DNA from: Octopus sinensis
Taxonomy: Eukaryota
Assembly (NCBI RefSeq): GCF_006345805.1
Contig: NW_021828102.1
Span: 1 to 35,532 of the forward strand
Reading direction: 5' to 3'
Length of the DNA: 35,532 bases
Made by a program: the position numbers and the translations under genes. The notes below the pieces were generated by a model. That model worked only from the letters and a program-made list of their open reading frames with translations. It searched no databases and was not told the origin of the DNA. Below, one piece after another: positions 34,670 to 35,532 of this stretch (positions are counted from its first letter, which is position 1; each line of letters starts with the position of its first letter).

Positions 34670-35532
34670 TGGTGGTTTGCCCTCAAGAGAGCAGTAAAAG
34701 CAGAAGCGATTAGGTACAGCAAAGCACTAGCCATAGATAGAAATAGAGTAGAGGGTGAGCTAGTTAAGAAGCTAGAAGAGGCAATTAGAAGCGGCATCGC
34801 ATCCGACGTTTTGGCGGCGAGGTTGGCCCTCGACCAACACTTCAACGCAAACACGAAGGATGTGCTGTCAGAGCTAGGATCCGTGCTCTAAGAACGAAGG
34901 TGTTGGAGCCGCGAGAGAGGCCCGGGTGGCAGAGGCGCAACAGGGCAACAAAGCCACCATTCGTCACTGGTAGATGAACCAGGGGCGCGAATTGCTCGAG
35001 CCAAGTAAAATGTGTGAGGCCTTTCAGCAGCATTTTGCCCGACTGTTCGGGACGAGTGGAGGGCAAGAACGTAGGGTAGACTTCAGTGCTCCTACATAGC
35101 CTGCCACGACTCTCGACAAGAAAGGCAGGGTGCTGCGAAGGTGCCATCACGGCGGCGAAGTGCGGGAAGCGATGGCAGAATGCTCGAGGGACAATCACCG
35201 GGTTTGGATGGTCTACCCTACGAATTTTACTATTGTATGCCAGACTTGTTTGGAGACGTATTGGCAGCGGTATACTGCAACTGGCAGCAAAACGGGAGCA
35301 TACCCGGTTTTGTGAGTCGAGGAGCTGTAACTCTGCTGAAGAAAGATCCAAACAAGGGAAACATTATAGATAACTTTAGGCCAATCACTCTGCTCAATGC
35401 AGACCTGAAAATTTTGACAAAGGTGTTTAGCCAAGAGGTTGGCGCTTGTCATGGAGAAACTGGTCGACAACGCACAAACGTGCGCCGTGCCGGGCCGGAG
35501 CATCCATGACAACCTCCATCTGATGCGCTACA
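34670..35532 (+). mobile_element. 5'-truncated L1/Tx1-type LINE ORF2 (linker and start of reverse transcriptase), frameshifted, runs off the window
   Basis: WWFALKRAVKAEAIRYSK...; LPRLS...CEGAIT; SPGLDGLPYEFY...GAVTLLKKDPNKG...NFRPITLLNADLKILTKV. Confidence 0.92.

Noticed and set aside
34842-35351. 169-aa minus-strand ORF
   Set aside because: Antisense shadow of the GC-rich LINE ORF2

Overview
AT-rich, microsatellite-saturated eukaryotic non-coding DNA. It is most likely cephalopod (Octopus-like), inferred from the tRNA-Arg-type SINEs and the extreme (AT)n/(CTA)n/(TATC)n density. I cannot support any intact host gene: most ORFs in the track are translations of simple repeats or SINEs. The window is a transposon graveyard. 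It holds at least four tRNA-derived SINE families (several with target-site duplications, two nested in older SINEs) and a 1.09-kb internally deleted Helitron with both termini that splits a SINE. It also holds piggyBac-like and GG-ended MITEs (one nested in another), a Penelope GIY-YIG remnant, R4/Dong-like and L1/Tx1-like LINE remnants, and Tc1 and mariner remnants. The most interesting signal is a set of short repeats carrying minimal type-I hammerhead-ribozyme-like motifs with palindromic helix III, including apparent U3-A8 core variants. Other notable items are long fold-back palindromes, telomere-hexamer-bearing elements and a possible decayed LRR/LRRCT gene fragment.
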